In this document: in pieces, positions 1 to 8,658 of the stretch | Layout: each line of letters starts with the position of its first letter | Position numbering within the stretch: the stretch's first letter is position 1 | Notes under the pieces: generated by a model | Databases searched by the model: none | Told to the model about the DNA's origin: nothing | What the model saw: the letters and a program-made list of their open reading frames with translations, nothing else | Translations under genes and position numbers: made by a program | Origin: an uncultured archaeon | GTDB taxonomy: Archaea; Asgardarchaeota; Thorarchaeia; Thorarchaeales; Thorarchaeaceae | NCBI GenBank assembly: GCA_964610875.1 | Contig: CAZSWP010000038.1 | Coordinates: 1-34,384 of the forward strand | Length of the DNA: 34,384 nucleotides | Direction: 5' to 3'

Positions 1-150
1 CTCTATGGGGGATTGACTGTCATTACCTCTCAGAATATCATGACATCTTCTTAGGATTCTCTGAAGACGTGAGAGGTCCTTTATTGGATCCAGCTGCTTG
101 CCTATACTATTTCCATATCTGAATTTAATAGAAATGAATCTCAGCTCCAT
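1..150 (-). CDS. Partial hypothetical protein (N-terminus; runs off the window's left edge)
   Basis: ATG at 150 opens a frame of 50 codons with no stop (MELRFISIKFRYGNSIGKQLDPIKDLSRLQRILRRCHDIL...) reaching position 1; co-directional with, and 68 bp downstream of, the radical SAM gene. Confidence 0.4.
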   Translation of the reverse strand, partial: MELRFISIKFRYGNSIGKQLDPIKDLSRLQRILRRCHDILRGNDSQSPIE

Positions 151-218
151 TAGTTGATGTTATTATATTGTAATTGGAGATTCGATAAAAATGTGCTTCA
201 TATTAGAAACACTAGTAC

Positions 219-1100
219 TCATAATCCTCTCATATAACCCAGTCTCAATGAAGTTTCATCTCCTGATTGGAGTACATCTTCAAGTGTTTGAAGCAATGCC
301 GCTTTGTCCCTATTGAGTGTACCACGTAGCGGCAAATAATTCGAAGCATGGTTTGTTCGGAAAATACAATCTGTCACGTTCAAATCCTTAATCAACCAAT
401 ATAGTTCCTGTAGAGTCTCGAATGGATTTATGGTCTTGAATTCTCCCTGATTAACCATGTCGTAAATTGGAGTGCCAGGCGGTGTCATCAGAGTGAGAGC
501 TCCGATAAATTCGGGGTTAATTTCATTTAGAACATTAGCTGTTGCTTTTGCATGTTTTTTTGAACCATCTTTTCCACCAAGGCCAAGAATAATTGTTATT
601 GATAAATTAATACCTGCCTTTCTAATTTTTTTACAGGCTTCAATATTCTCTCTTGAATTCACTCCTTTTCTGACCCATCTCAATAGGTCATCATCGCCTG
701 TTTCTAGACCATAGTAAGCTATGCCAAGTCCTGAATCTCGTAGTGTTTTTAAGTCGTCAACTGTTTTATCTCTGACATCCTTTGCATAGGCATAGATTCC
801 AACTCTTTCAAGACTTGGTAAATTCTCACTCAATACATTTAGAGTGGAAAGAAGTTCTTCTGTTGGCATTGCTAGAGCATTACCATCTGCGAGAAAGACT
901 CTCTTCACTGAATTTTTGTAGTGCTTTGGTAACCCATCCAAATCTTTCAGAATAGCACTAGTGCCTCTCACTCGATATTTTTTCCTCTTGTAAGAAACGC
1001 AAAATATGCATGCATTATGGGAGCAACCAACGGTAGCTTGTAATATCAACGAACGAGCTTCACTTGGAGGTCGCCAGATTGAACCCTCATATGTTAGCAT
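219..1100 (-). CDS. Radical SAM protein (short 'RPPSEA' family)
   Basis: CxxxCxxC motif GCSHNACIFC; N-terminal YEGxIWRPPSEA; FLADGNAL, YYGLETG and FRTNHASNY motifs typical of this uncharacterised family. Confidence 0.9.
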   Translation of the reverse strand: MLTYEGSIWRPPSEARSLILQATVGCSHNACIFCVSYKRKKYRVRGTSAILKDLDGLPKHYKNSVKRVFLADGNALAMPTEELLSTLNVLSENLPSLERVGIYAYAKDVRDKTVDDLKTLRDSGLGIAYYGLETGDDDLLRWVRKGVNSRENIEACKKIRKAGINLSITIILGLGGKDGSKKHAKATANVLNEINPEFIGALTLMTPPGTPIYDMVNQGEFKTINPFETLQELYWLIKDLNVTDCIFRTNHASNYLPLRGTLNRDKAALLQTLEDVLQSGDETSLRLGYMRGL

Positions 1101-1261
1101 AGCATCAGTACCTCTCAGATTGCAACTGTGTCTGAAGTCTTTTGAATGGAACGCTATAAGATAATTTTCATTTCTAGCTAGATTTAATGAATAAACAGAT
1201 ATTATCTTAAGACCGTATTAATGCCTCATATCCTGGAATCCAAAGAAAAACTCGAGGTAAT

Positions 1262-2509
1262 TTGATGGCCATAGATTCAATTAGCAAGGACAGGATTAGC
1301 TCAGGATTTTTGGGATTGAGCAGGAATCTATGGAAACTTGCCCTTGTGATGGGGATTTCGCAGCTAGCAATCAGTTTATGGAAATGGCAATTCAGCATCT
1401 TTCTTGAAACGTTTATGGCCCCGTGGCAAATGGGACTAGTATTTTCTATCGGAACATTTGCTGGACTAATTGCAGCTTTTGTATCAGGAACAATTGCTGA
1501 TTATATCGGTCGTAAGCGCACAATGGCATCAGGCTACATACCAATGCTAGTTGGTCTATTTACCTTAGCTTTTTTCCCCATGTGGCCATATGTTATTCTA
1601 GAATGGGGACTGATATGGTATGGACAAGGTAATGTATGGATAACAGCTGCAGCTATTCCAGCTGATGAAATTGCTAGGGATGAAGGAAAAAACCCTGCTC
1701 GCCGTTTTATGATGGTAATGATGCCACTCTGGTTTTTTGACGCCCTTGGTCCCCTATTTGGGTCCTTTCTTTTGAGTTCTGGATTTACTTCATCATATCT
1801 TCATTTCATTGGAGGTTTTGGTTCCATTATCGCACTCATTGCTACTCTTCTCTTTGTAGATGAATCATTAGGAGATCGAACAATCGAAAAGGCAAAATCG
1901 GGACCAGTTATATCCTTTAGAGAACTTGGGACTGATTTTTGGAAACTTGTAGTAGGTATGCTAATTTTCTCTTTCTTTTGGTCTTCAGCTATACAATATC
2001 TTGGAAATCTCTGTGTAAACGATTGGCAAGTGGATACAATTACATACGGAATGACTTGGAGTGCTTTCTCCTTTACTAGTGCTATATTGATGTATTCTGC
2101 CAGTGTCTTGGTTGATAAAAACCTCAAAGTAGCGCTTATCATATCGGTTATTGGAAATGGAATTGTATTCATAATTTTTGGACTTGGCTCTGGTGCAACC
2201 GGTCTCTACATCCTGAATATAGTATGGGCAATCCCATTCATTGCTTGGAGAGGTTCTGAAAGAAGTATTCTTGTGGCAAACATCACAGAAGAGAGAAAAG
2301 GTCGTGCTCTTGGAACATTTGACTTTCTGATGCGTGGGATTTCCATTTTATCATCGATTTTTGGAGCTTTATTATGGGAGCTCTCTGGTAGTCTCCGACT
2401 TGTATGGATAGTAGCGGGAGCTGGAATGTTTCTTTCATCTGTCATCCTTATTGCAGTTCTCAGAGATACTGAAATCCCTGCGAAAACAGAAGATATGATT
2501 GAACAATGA
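1262..2509 (+). CDS. MFS transporter
   Basis: About 12 hydrophobic segments; MFS motif A GTIADYIGRKR; C-half ERKGRALG. Confidence 0.9.
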   Translation: MMAIDSISKDRISSGFLGLSRNLWKLALVMGISQLAISLWKWQFSIFLETFMAPWQMGLVFSIGTFAGLIAAFVSGTIADYIGRKRTMASGYIPMLVGLFTLAFFPMWPYVILEWGLIWYGQGNVWITAAAIPADEIARDEGKNPARRFMMVMMPLWFFDALGPLFGSFLLSSGFTSSYLHFIGGFGSIIALIATLLFVDESLGDRTIEKAKSGPVISFRELGTDFWKLVVGMLIFSFFWSSAIQYLGNLCVNDWQVDTITYGMTWSAFSFTSAILMYSASVLVDKNLKVALIISVIGNGIVFIIFGLGSGATGLYILNIVWAIPFIAWRGSERSILVANITEERKGRALGTFDFLMRGISILSSIFGALLWELSGSLRLVWIVAGAGMFLSSVILIAVLRDTEIPAKTEDMIEQ

Positions 2510-2696
2510 TTTAGTATACCTATAGTTACTGCTCAATAGATCAGGACACATCGATTCTCGGGTATTTTATATTAGATATACAAACAAGTCAATGTTTTAT
2601 TGACTGAGTATCTAGTTATGCACTACACCAAAATTCATTTTTGGAAACAGATATGATATACAGAGTTAGAAACTGTTACTACGGGGGACATAGCTG

Positions 2697-5597
2697 ATGA
2701 CCATTAAGGTACTTCTTGTAGATGACAACGATGATTTTCTTCTGCTTTCGAAAAAATATCTTGAACAGATATCAGATGGTCTTGATATCGATGTATGTAC
2801 ATCTGCAAGTGATGCTTTGCAGAAAATGGAACACTCACATTTTGATGTTATTGTGTCCGATTATCGGATGCCCAAAATAGATGGACTAGAATTCTTACGT
2901 ATATTGCGCGACCGAGGTTTTAGTACTCCATTTGTTGTGTTTACTGGCCGAGGACGCGAAGAGGTTGCTATCAGGGCTTTGAATCTTGGGGCTTCCTATT
3001 ACGTTACAAAAGGTGCTGATGTAAAAAGCCAGTATACACAGCTCTATCATATTATCAAGCAGTTGTCAAAACATGCTACTGCAGAAAAGAAGCTGGTTGA
3101 AAGTGAGGAGCGATACCGATCCCTTGTACACTCAGCACCATACGGAATTGCTGTTCATAAGAACTATAAACTAGTTTTTGCCAATCAATATTCCTTGAAT
3201 ATTTTAGGAATTGGCTCGATTCATGAAATTCAGAACAAATCAATTCTCGAATTAGCTCACCCTGATAGTCGTGAATTCATAGAAAAAAGGATACGGTCGA
3301 TTTACTCTGAAGCAACTGAAACTCAAGTAGTGGAACAGAAATGGATTAGACCAGATGGTTCAACAATGTACGTTGAAGTGGTGGCGAAAAGCATCGAGTA
3401 TGAAGGCGAACCTGCATCCCTAGTCATGTTTCATGATATAACCGCAAGGAAAGAATCAGAGCAGGTTATGGAAAAAAGCGATCAAAGATATAGAGATCTT
3501 TTTGACGAGCTACCGATTGGTATAGAAATAATGACTTATGATCCATATATGATCATATATGCAAATCGAGCCATGGAAGATATCACAGAGTTTACTAGTG
3601 AAGAGCTAATTGGGATGAGTTGGAACGAGATATTGAGTACAATTCATCCTGAGGATGCAAAGAAAGTGAGCGAGTACTTTCAGCGCAGAATTGTTGGTGA
3701 ACCGGCACCCAATAATTATCAAATTCGTGGCACACGAAAAGATGGTAGTACAATATGGCTAGATATCACAGCATCAAATATCGAATTTCAAGGAAAATCA
3801 TCATCGCTGGTTATCTTCAGAGATATTACTAAACAAAAAGAAATCGAACAAAGATTAAAGATTACTGAAATCAAATATCATGAAATTTTCAATTCTATTT
3901 CATCTGGAATCTATGTCTATGAGCTAAATGAAAAAGATGAATTGATCTTGGTTGACGGTAATCCAGCAGCAGCTATTATTACTGGAGTTGAACCAAAAGA
4001 ATGCATAGGTCTTGATTTTGATACGATCTGGCCTGAAGCTAAAAAATCAGGTATAACAGATGAGTACCTTAAAGTAGCTAAGACTGGTGAACCATTTTCT
4101 TCAGAAGCTTTCTATTATCAAGACGAACATACCGAGGGTGTTTTCAAGATTACAGTAACTCGACTACCAGATGGGCGAATCTGTAGTCTTTTTGAAGATA
4201 TCAAAGAAATGATAGAGATGGAACGTAATCTAAGCTATCGAATTGACGAACTCAATACTCTCTATCAATGCACTCGCGAACTCAACCGCAGTGATAAGGA
4301 GTTCGATTCACAAATAGAGGAGATCTTAAGGGTTCTACCTCAAGGACTGCTAAAGGAAATTACTAAGTATGTTAGAATCGTGATAAATGGTGAAGAATGG
4401 AAATCTTCTGGTTTCCAAAAGCTAGATGACTGCTTTGTTACATCGATTGAAGTTTCTGGTCAGTCTAGAGGATTTATTGAACTCAAACGTTCAAAAAGTC
4501 CCCCTCAAAGAGAATTTGGTGATAGAAGTAGTGATGAAACTCTTGTTGAAGCTCTATCTGAGCAGATAGCACAGACACTTGCACGAATAGAAGCTGAACA
4601 AAGGATTAGAGAGAGTGAACTGCGATACAGGACCCTCGTTCAGTCTTTTAGAGACCTTGTGTTCGTTTATGATGAAAACGATAGAATAATAGAATTCTAT
4701 GCTTCTGGACCAGATTTGCTCTATACTCAACCAGAGAATTTTCTTGGAAAAACAATGAATCAAGTATTGCCAGATTATATTACAAATCAAATTTCTGAAC
4801 ACCTGGAAAGAACAAGGAAGACGGGTTCGAGTCTAGGATTTGATTATCAATTGGAAATTCAAGATGAAAAGAAATGGTTCACAGCAGATTTTATGTCCCA
4901 TGAGATTGAGGGACAGGTTGTTAGCGTGGTACGTGAAATAACAGAGAGAAAGATGCAAGAAACAGCATTAGAGAACCAAAGTAGAGAACTGAGTAGGTTG
5001 GCTCATAGAATGCATCATGATCTTAGTACACTTCACGGAAATGTTATGGCCTATCTTGAATTAATGGATTCGAACGATGAGGAATATATCACTGGAATAA
5101 AAAAGACAATCAATAGAGCGCAAAATATTCTTGCTAGGTCTGTTGAACTGGCAGATTCTGGACAGGTAATTGGTGATCGTGAAGATGTTGATCTGAGTCT
5201 TCTGGTTCAAGAAATCGGTAGAGCGAGTGTTCCTAGAAGTATGACTATTGAAGTAGGTACTCTGCCTGTAGTAAAAGGGGATAAGGAGAAAATTGAGCAA
5301 GTAGTTCTAAATCTAATTAATAATGCTGTTATCCATGGGAAACCATCTAGAATCTGGATAGGAACCGAAGTGACTGATTGTTCTACAATAATTCAGTTCT
5401 GCAATAATGGAGAAAAAATAGATGAAGGTACAAAAGAAGCACTGTTTCAGGATTCCTTGAAGTCTAGTATTAGGAAGGGATTAGGTCTCTCAATCGCAAA
5501 GAGAATTGTTCTCGCTCATGGATGGGATATCTATTTAGAAGATGATGAAAATACGTGTTTTTGTATCTCAATTCCCAGAAATGACATTATTGTATAG
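2697..5597 (+). CDS. Hybrid sensor histidine kinase: REC - multiple PAS/PAC - GAF-like - PAS - HisKA - HATPase
   Basis: N-terminal receiver (VLLVDD, IVSDYRMP, FTGRG, YYVTK); PAS/PAC repeats (HPD..., RPDGS, RKDGS, DIT.RK); H-box HHDL; N-box NLINNAVIHG; G2 box GLGLSIAKRIV. No TM segment, so cytoplasmic. Confidence 0.92.
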   Translation: MTIKVLLVDDNDDFLLLSKKYLEQISDGLDIDVCTSASDALQKMEHSHFDVIVSDYRMPKIDGLEFLRILRDRGFSTPFVVFTGRGREEVAIRALNLGASYYVTKGADVKSQYTQLYHIIKQLSKHATAEKKLVESEERYRSLVHSAPYGIAVHKNYKLVFANQYSLNILGIGSIHEIQNKSILELAHPDSREFIEKRIRSIYSEATETQVVEQKWIRPDGSTMYVEVVAKSIEYEGEPASLVMFHDITARKESEQVMEKSDQRYRDLFDELPIGIEIMTYDPYMIIYANRAMEDITEFTSEELIGMSWNEILSTIHPEDAKKVSEYFQRRIVGEPAPNNYQIRGTRKDGSTIWLDITASNIEFQGKSSSLVIFRDITKQKEIEQRLKITEIKYHEIFNSISSGIYVYELNEKDELILVDGNPAAAIITGVEPKECIGLDFDTIWPEAKKSGITDEYLKVAKTGEPFSSEAFYYQDEHTEGVFKITVTRLPDGRICSLFEDIKEMIEMERNLSYRIDELNTLYQCTRELNRSDKEFDSQIEEILRVLPQGLLKEITKYVRIVINGEEWKSSGFQKLDDCFVTSIEVSGQSRGFIELKRSKSPPQREFGDRSSDETLVEALSEQIAQTLARIEAEQRIRESELRYRTLVQSFRDLVFVYDENDRIIEFYASGPDLLYTQPENFLGKTMNQVLPDYITNQISEHLERTRKTGSSLGFDYQLEIQDEKKWFTADFMSHEIEGQVVSVVREITERKMQETALENQSRELSRLAHRMHHDLSTLHGNVMAYLELMDSNDEEYITGIKKTINRAQNILARSVELADSGQVIGDREDVDLSLLVQEIGRASVPRSMTIEVGTLPVVKGDKEKIEQVVLNLINNAVIHGKPSRIWIGTEVTDCSTIIQFCNNGEKIDEGTKEALFQDSLKSSIRKGLGLSIAKRIVLAHGWDIYLEDDENTCFCISIPRNDIIV

Positions 5598-5744
5598 GTC
5601 GCTTTCATTCTTATCATCCCATTTTGGAATGATAACTATTCTTAACAAGTTAACCTCATTCAAAATCAGTCAAGAACGTGTTACATTGTTTTATCAGGCT
5701 AGTTGTATTTTATGTGATGGCGTACTAGGTATGAGGAAGAAAAA

Positions 5745-6284
5745 ATGACCATTCCTGTATACAAAGTTTTACTCGTAGGTTCTTCAAGTGTGGGTAAGAG
5801 CTCTATTATACGGAGATTACTCTTAGGCGAATTCGATGATGATTATACAGCTACGGTCGGTGTTGATCTGAGTGCAGTACCCATGAACATCGATGCATTT
5901 ACTCCAGTAATCTTAACTGTAATCGACCTTGGTGGACAAGCTGATTTTAGTCACCTAAGAACACAATACTACAAAGGATCTCATTTTCCAATTCTTGTAT
6001 ATGATATATCGAACCGTGAATCATTTGAATCTTTAGAAGATTGGCATGATGGACTGATGGAGCACATTGGTCAGCTCAGGAGTTCACCATTGCTTGGCAT
6101 TGTGATCGGCAATAAAGCAGATCTAGAAGATCGTCGCGTTGTTAGTCAATTAGAAGGTAGACAATTCGCTGAAAAGATCGGATGGGTATTTTTCGAAACT
6201 AGTGCCAAAAATGGGCAAAACATAGAAGTTGTTTTTGGTAATGTGGCAAAAGAGTGTTTCACTAGACATCCACCGAGAAAATAG
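5745..6284 (+). CDS. Rab-like small GTPase (Ras superfamily; eukaryotic signature protein)
   Basis: G1 GSSSVGKS, G2 TVGVD, G3 DLGGQ, G4 NKAD, G5 TSAK; no C-terminal prenylation motif; GAGG upstream of the ATG. Confidence 0.95.
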   Translation: MTIPVYKVLLVGSSSVGKSSIIRRLLLGEFDDDYTATVGVDLSAVPMNIDAFTPVILTVIDLGGQADFSHLRTQYYKGSHFPILVYDISNRESFESLEDWHDGLMEHIGQLRSSPLLGIVIGNKADLEDRRVVSQLEGRQFAEKIGWVFFETSAKNGQNIEVVFGNVAKECFTRHPPRK

Positions 6285-6285
6285 A

Positions 6286-6510
6286 TCAGGATACTAATTT
6301 TGCGGATTGTTTAGATTTCTTCTCAAGAAACAAGGTTCTGCCCGGTCCAAATGCATGTTTCGTGGCTTCAAAATCACAATCGAGCATTGTAGCCCTCCAC
6401 ATGTCCCCTGCGATTTCGTCTTTCCTACTTTTTGTCTGAATGAAATCCCTTCTACTATCCAAGCTCCCGTAGAGAAGCAATCCTATGACTAAGAGAAATA
6501 GCACTCCCAA
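6286..6510 (-). CDS. Small hypothetical membrane protein (one N-terminal TM)
   Basis: Hydrophobic N-terminus LGVLFLLVIGLLLYG followed by a charged tail; fills the gap and converges on the GTPase stop; start uncertain because the frame stays open upstream without ATG. Confidence 0.5.
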   Translation of the reverse strand: MGVLFLLVIGLLLYGSLDSRRDFIQTKSRKDEIAGDMWRATMLDCDFEATKHAFGPGRTLFLEKKSKQSAKLVS

Positions 6511-6541
6511 AAATTGTAGTATTAACAGCTCAATATCACCA

Positions 6542-6570
6542 TTAACTATAGTAAATTTTAACTATAATAA
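6542..6570. promoter_or_regulatory. Tandem direct repeat TTAACTATA(G/A)TAA between divergent genes
   Basis: 13-mer repeated at 6542-6554 and 6558-6570 with one mismatch, in an AT-rich divergent intergenic region. Confidence 0.35.
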
Positions 6571-6681
6571 ATATTTCTGTTTTAGTCCCCTTGCATAAAA
6601 GAAATTAGAGGTGTAAAGTTAATATTCCCTCACGTCAAGAAAACAACAGTGGTTGCAGGTCAGAGGGAACGTGCTTATCAA

Positions 6682-7425
6682 GTGAAATCAATACTACTGC
6701 TATCTCTGGTAAGAATTCTTCTTGGTTTTAGCCAAGACTCACGTTTCAAATCGCTATTTTGGGATGAATTGGAAGAACTCCTTGGACCAATACTGGAACC
6801 AATTGTGTCACCCATTTTTGACATCCTAAGAGATGAAGCAACTAGATTGGCATTATTGTCAACAATCGCAATTACATCCATCATCATTGCTGTAATGATA
6901 TTCGTCGTTTTTGAACTTCCCTTGTTCTTCAAGTGGTTTGTTGGAGTTTTTGATCCTGATGCTAGTCCAGTATCTACGAGTCCGAGTGTACATGGAACAC
7001 CAACATCCATTACAAGACATGTCACACCATCCAGAGTGGTTGCACGAAGGACCACAAAAGGAAAAGGCGAAGAAGAGAAAGCAAAAAGAGAAGTAATCGA
7101 AAATGTTGATGGAGTTGAAGTAAGGGCTTTTATAATCAAGAACAGAGAGGAAATACAGCTTGATGTAATAGTCGATAATCAAGGTGATAGTAAGATTGAG
7201 ATGGCTGTTGTTGATATTGACCTTCCATTTGGTTTTGAAATATTGACAAAAAGTTTCAGAATGTACAGACTTGGAACTGTCGAGGCTGGAGACAAAGAAG
7301 TCGCAACCTTCTACATGCGTCAAATTGGTGGTAAAATCGAAGATATAACAGGTCATATTGAATTCATGAGTGCAGCATATGAAGTAACAAAAATCAATTT
7401 ACCTCTTCCTCAAATGAAAGAATAA
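6682..7425 (+). CDS. Membrane-anchored protein with Ser/Thr/Pro linker and C-terminal Ig-like beta-sandwich
   Basis: TM segment LALLSTIAITSIIIAVMIFVVF; low-complexity linker; C-terminal LDVIVDNQG...LPFGF...LGTVEAG pattern resembling CARDB/appendage-type Ig folds. GTG 6682 preferred over 6649, but the start is uncertain. Confidence 0.7.
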   Translation: MKSILLLSLVRILLGFSQDSRFKSLFWDELEELLGPILEPIVSPIFDILRDEATRLALLSTIAITSIIIAVMIFVVFELPLFFKWFVGVFDPDASPVSTSPSVHGTPTSITRHVTPSRVVARRTTKGKGEEEKAKREVIENVDGVEVRAFIIKNREEIQLDVIVDNQGDSKIEMAVVDIDLPFGFEILTKSFRMYRLGTVEAGDKEVATFYMRQIGGKIEDITGHIEFMSAAYEVTKINLPLPQMKE

Positions 7426-7443
7426 CTAATTGATTTTTGTTTT

Positions 7444-7956
7444 CTAATACATGCCATATCCAGAGTCAGTCAAACGTTCTTCTGCTCCAACCTTTCCTCT
7501 TATGAGTCCTGTATTTGCCATATGTTCTCTATATTTCTCACCAAAGATTTTGATCATCTCGTTATCTTGATATCTGGCAAGAATATACCAAAACGCTCCA
7601 AAGATGGGAACAAATGTAATGAGCGCAAGAGACCTAGATATGAGTAACAACGCTATGTTCAGGTAGATCATACTTGCAGCTACTGGATTTCTTATTTCAC
7701 CATAGACACCCTTTTTCAGAATATAATCACGATGTTTCGGGCTGATTCTAGTTTCGGGAAACTCGTGTGATTTAGTCAGAAGTGAAATAAATTTCCAAGT
7801 GAAAAATACTCCTGCAAGCACGAATACGCCATCCCAGAATCCTGCTGTAATACTCAACGTATTGATTGCAACTGGAACGACAGCTAATAGATTCACAATT
7901 GCTAGAAATACTGGGAACCCATTCGTATGTGCATTGGGAATTTTTGATTCTGTCAT
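7444..7956 (-). CDS. ICMT/PEMT-family integral membrane methyltransferase
   Basis: About 4 TM segments; LKKGVYGEIRNP resembles the GPY..IRHP motif; C-terminal FGEKYREH resembles FG.EY..Y. Confidence 0.75.
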   Translation of the reverse strand: MTESKIPNAHTNGFPVFLAIVNLLAVVPVAINTLSITAGFWDGVFVLAGVFFTWKFISLLTKSHEFPETRISPKHRDYILKKGVYGEIRNPVAASMIYLNIALLLISRSLALITFVPIFGAFWYILARYQDNEMIKIFGEKYREHMANTGLIRGKVGAEERLTDSGYGMY

Positions 7957-8029
7957 CGATAAGTTACTACCCTCAGGAATTTCTTAACGGGTAACCAAAT
8001 AACTGTTATCACAAAAATGAGGATGTTAA

Positions 8030-8197
8030 GAGCGGGTTGTACACCCGCTCCTTTGTTTCGGGGGGGAGATATAGAGTATCGCAGTTTATTCCCTGAAAAG
8101 GGTCTTCCCAAGAAGTCAAATTTTCCAGCAAATAGGCTGTTTAGTTGTAGCTTCAAGGGGGAAGCCAGAAGCCAAGCAATTCGACTCAGGAAAACCT
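8030..8197. ncRNA. Candidate structured RNA (hairpin array), family unknown
   Basis: Perfect 8-bp stem GAGCGGGT/ACCCGCTC at 8030-8050, plus short hairpins at 8091-8102 (GAAA loop), 8104-8115, 8126-8139, 8150-8165 and 8188-8197, in a purine/GC-richer intergenic patch. Confidence 0.3.
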
Positions 8198-8324
8198 CGC
8201 ATTCAACTCCGGACTTCTAACGTTTGTTAAATCTACTGAAATAAGGTTGGTGTTGCACGCCATTAATGCCGTTTTTGAATGGTTAAAGTATAATAATTCA
8301 GACCTTTGAATGATCTACCAAAGG

Positions 8325-8360
8325 TTACCAAACTTCTGCGTGAATAAAATCATATAGCAT
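8325..8360 (-). CDS. Candidate micro-ORF MLYDFIHAEVW (11 aa)
   Basis: GGAGGAGG (8363-8370, minus strand) lies directly upstream of ATG 8360; TAA at 8325-8327 abuts a 7-bp hairpin (8302-8325). Confidence 0.35.
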   Translation of the reverse strand: MLYDFIHAEVW

Positions 8361-8658
8361 TTCCTCCTCCAGTACGTCAATATCATTAGCTTTAAGCTCG
8401 GTGTATTTGGACGCTAACCGTAATATTGTGTTATATAGAGTGCAGGATAATGAATGAACTAAGAATGATATATTGAAGCCAAATTATGGTAATAACCAAC
8501 CGAAAAATGGGTTAAAAGGCACGATAGAGAATACGAGATAATTATAAGCCTGATAACATGAGGTCTGCCCAGATTAACGAAATGGTCACTAGTTACCAGT
8601 TCCTAGATATATGGTGACCACAACAATTGAACTTAATGAAACCAAACGAGGTGTAAGA

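Noticed and set aside
8028-8070. Resemblance to 5S rRNA (GCGGG..ACACCCG) and to the ORB half-site (GAAACAAAGGAG on the minus strand)
   Set aside because: The conserved 5S CCGAAC/GAAGTTAAG blocks are absent; the TCCA left half of ORB is missing and there is no cdc6/orc1 gene nearby.
8086-8202. Minus-strand 28-aa ORF (MRGFPESN...PICWKI-TGA) with GGAG upstream; Sec readthrough would give CxxxU plus 9 aa
   Set aside because: Not a CxxU redox motif, no recognisable SECIS downstream and no selenoprotein similarity; it overlaps the hairpin array.
7953-8220. Overlapping 67-aa ORFs on both strands
   Set aside because: No motifs, atypical composition and mutually overlapping; better explained as non-coding.
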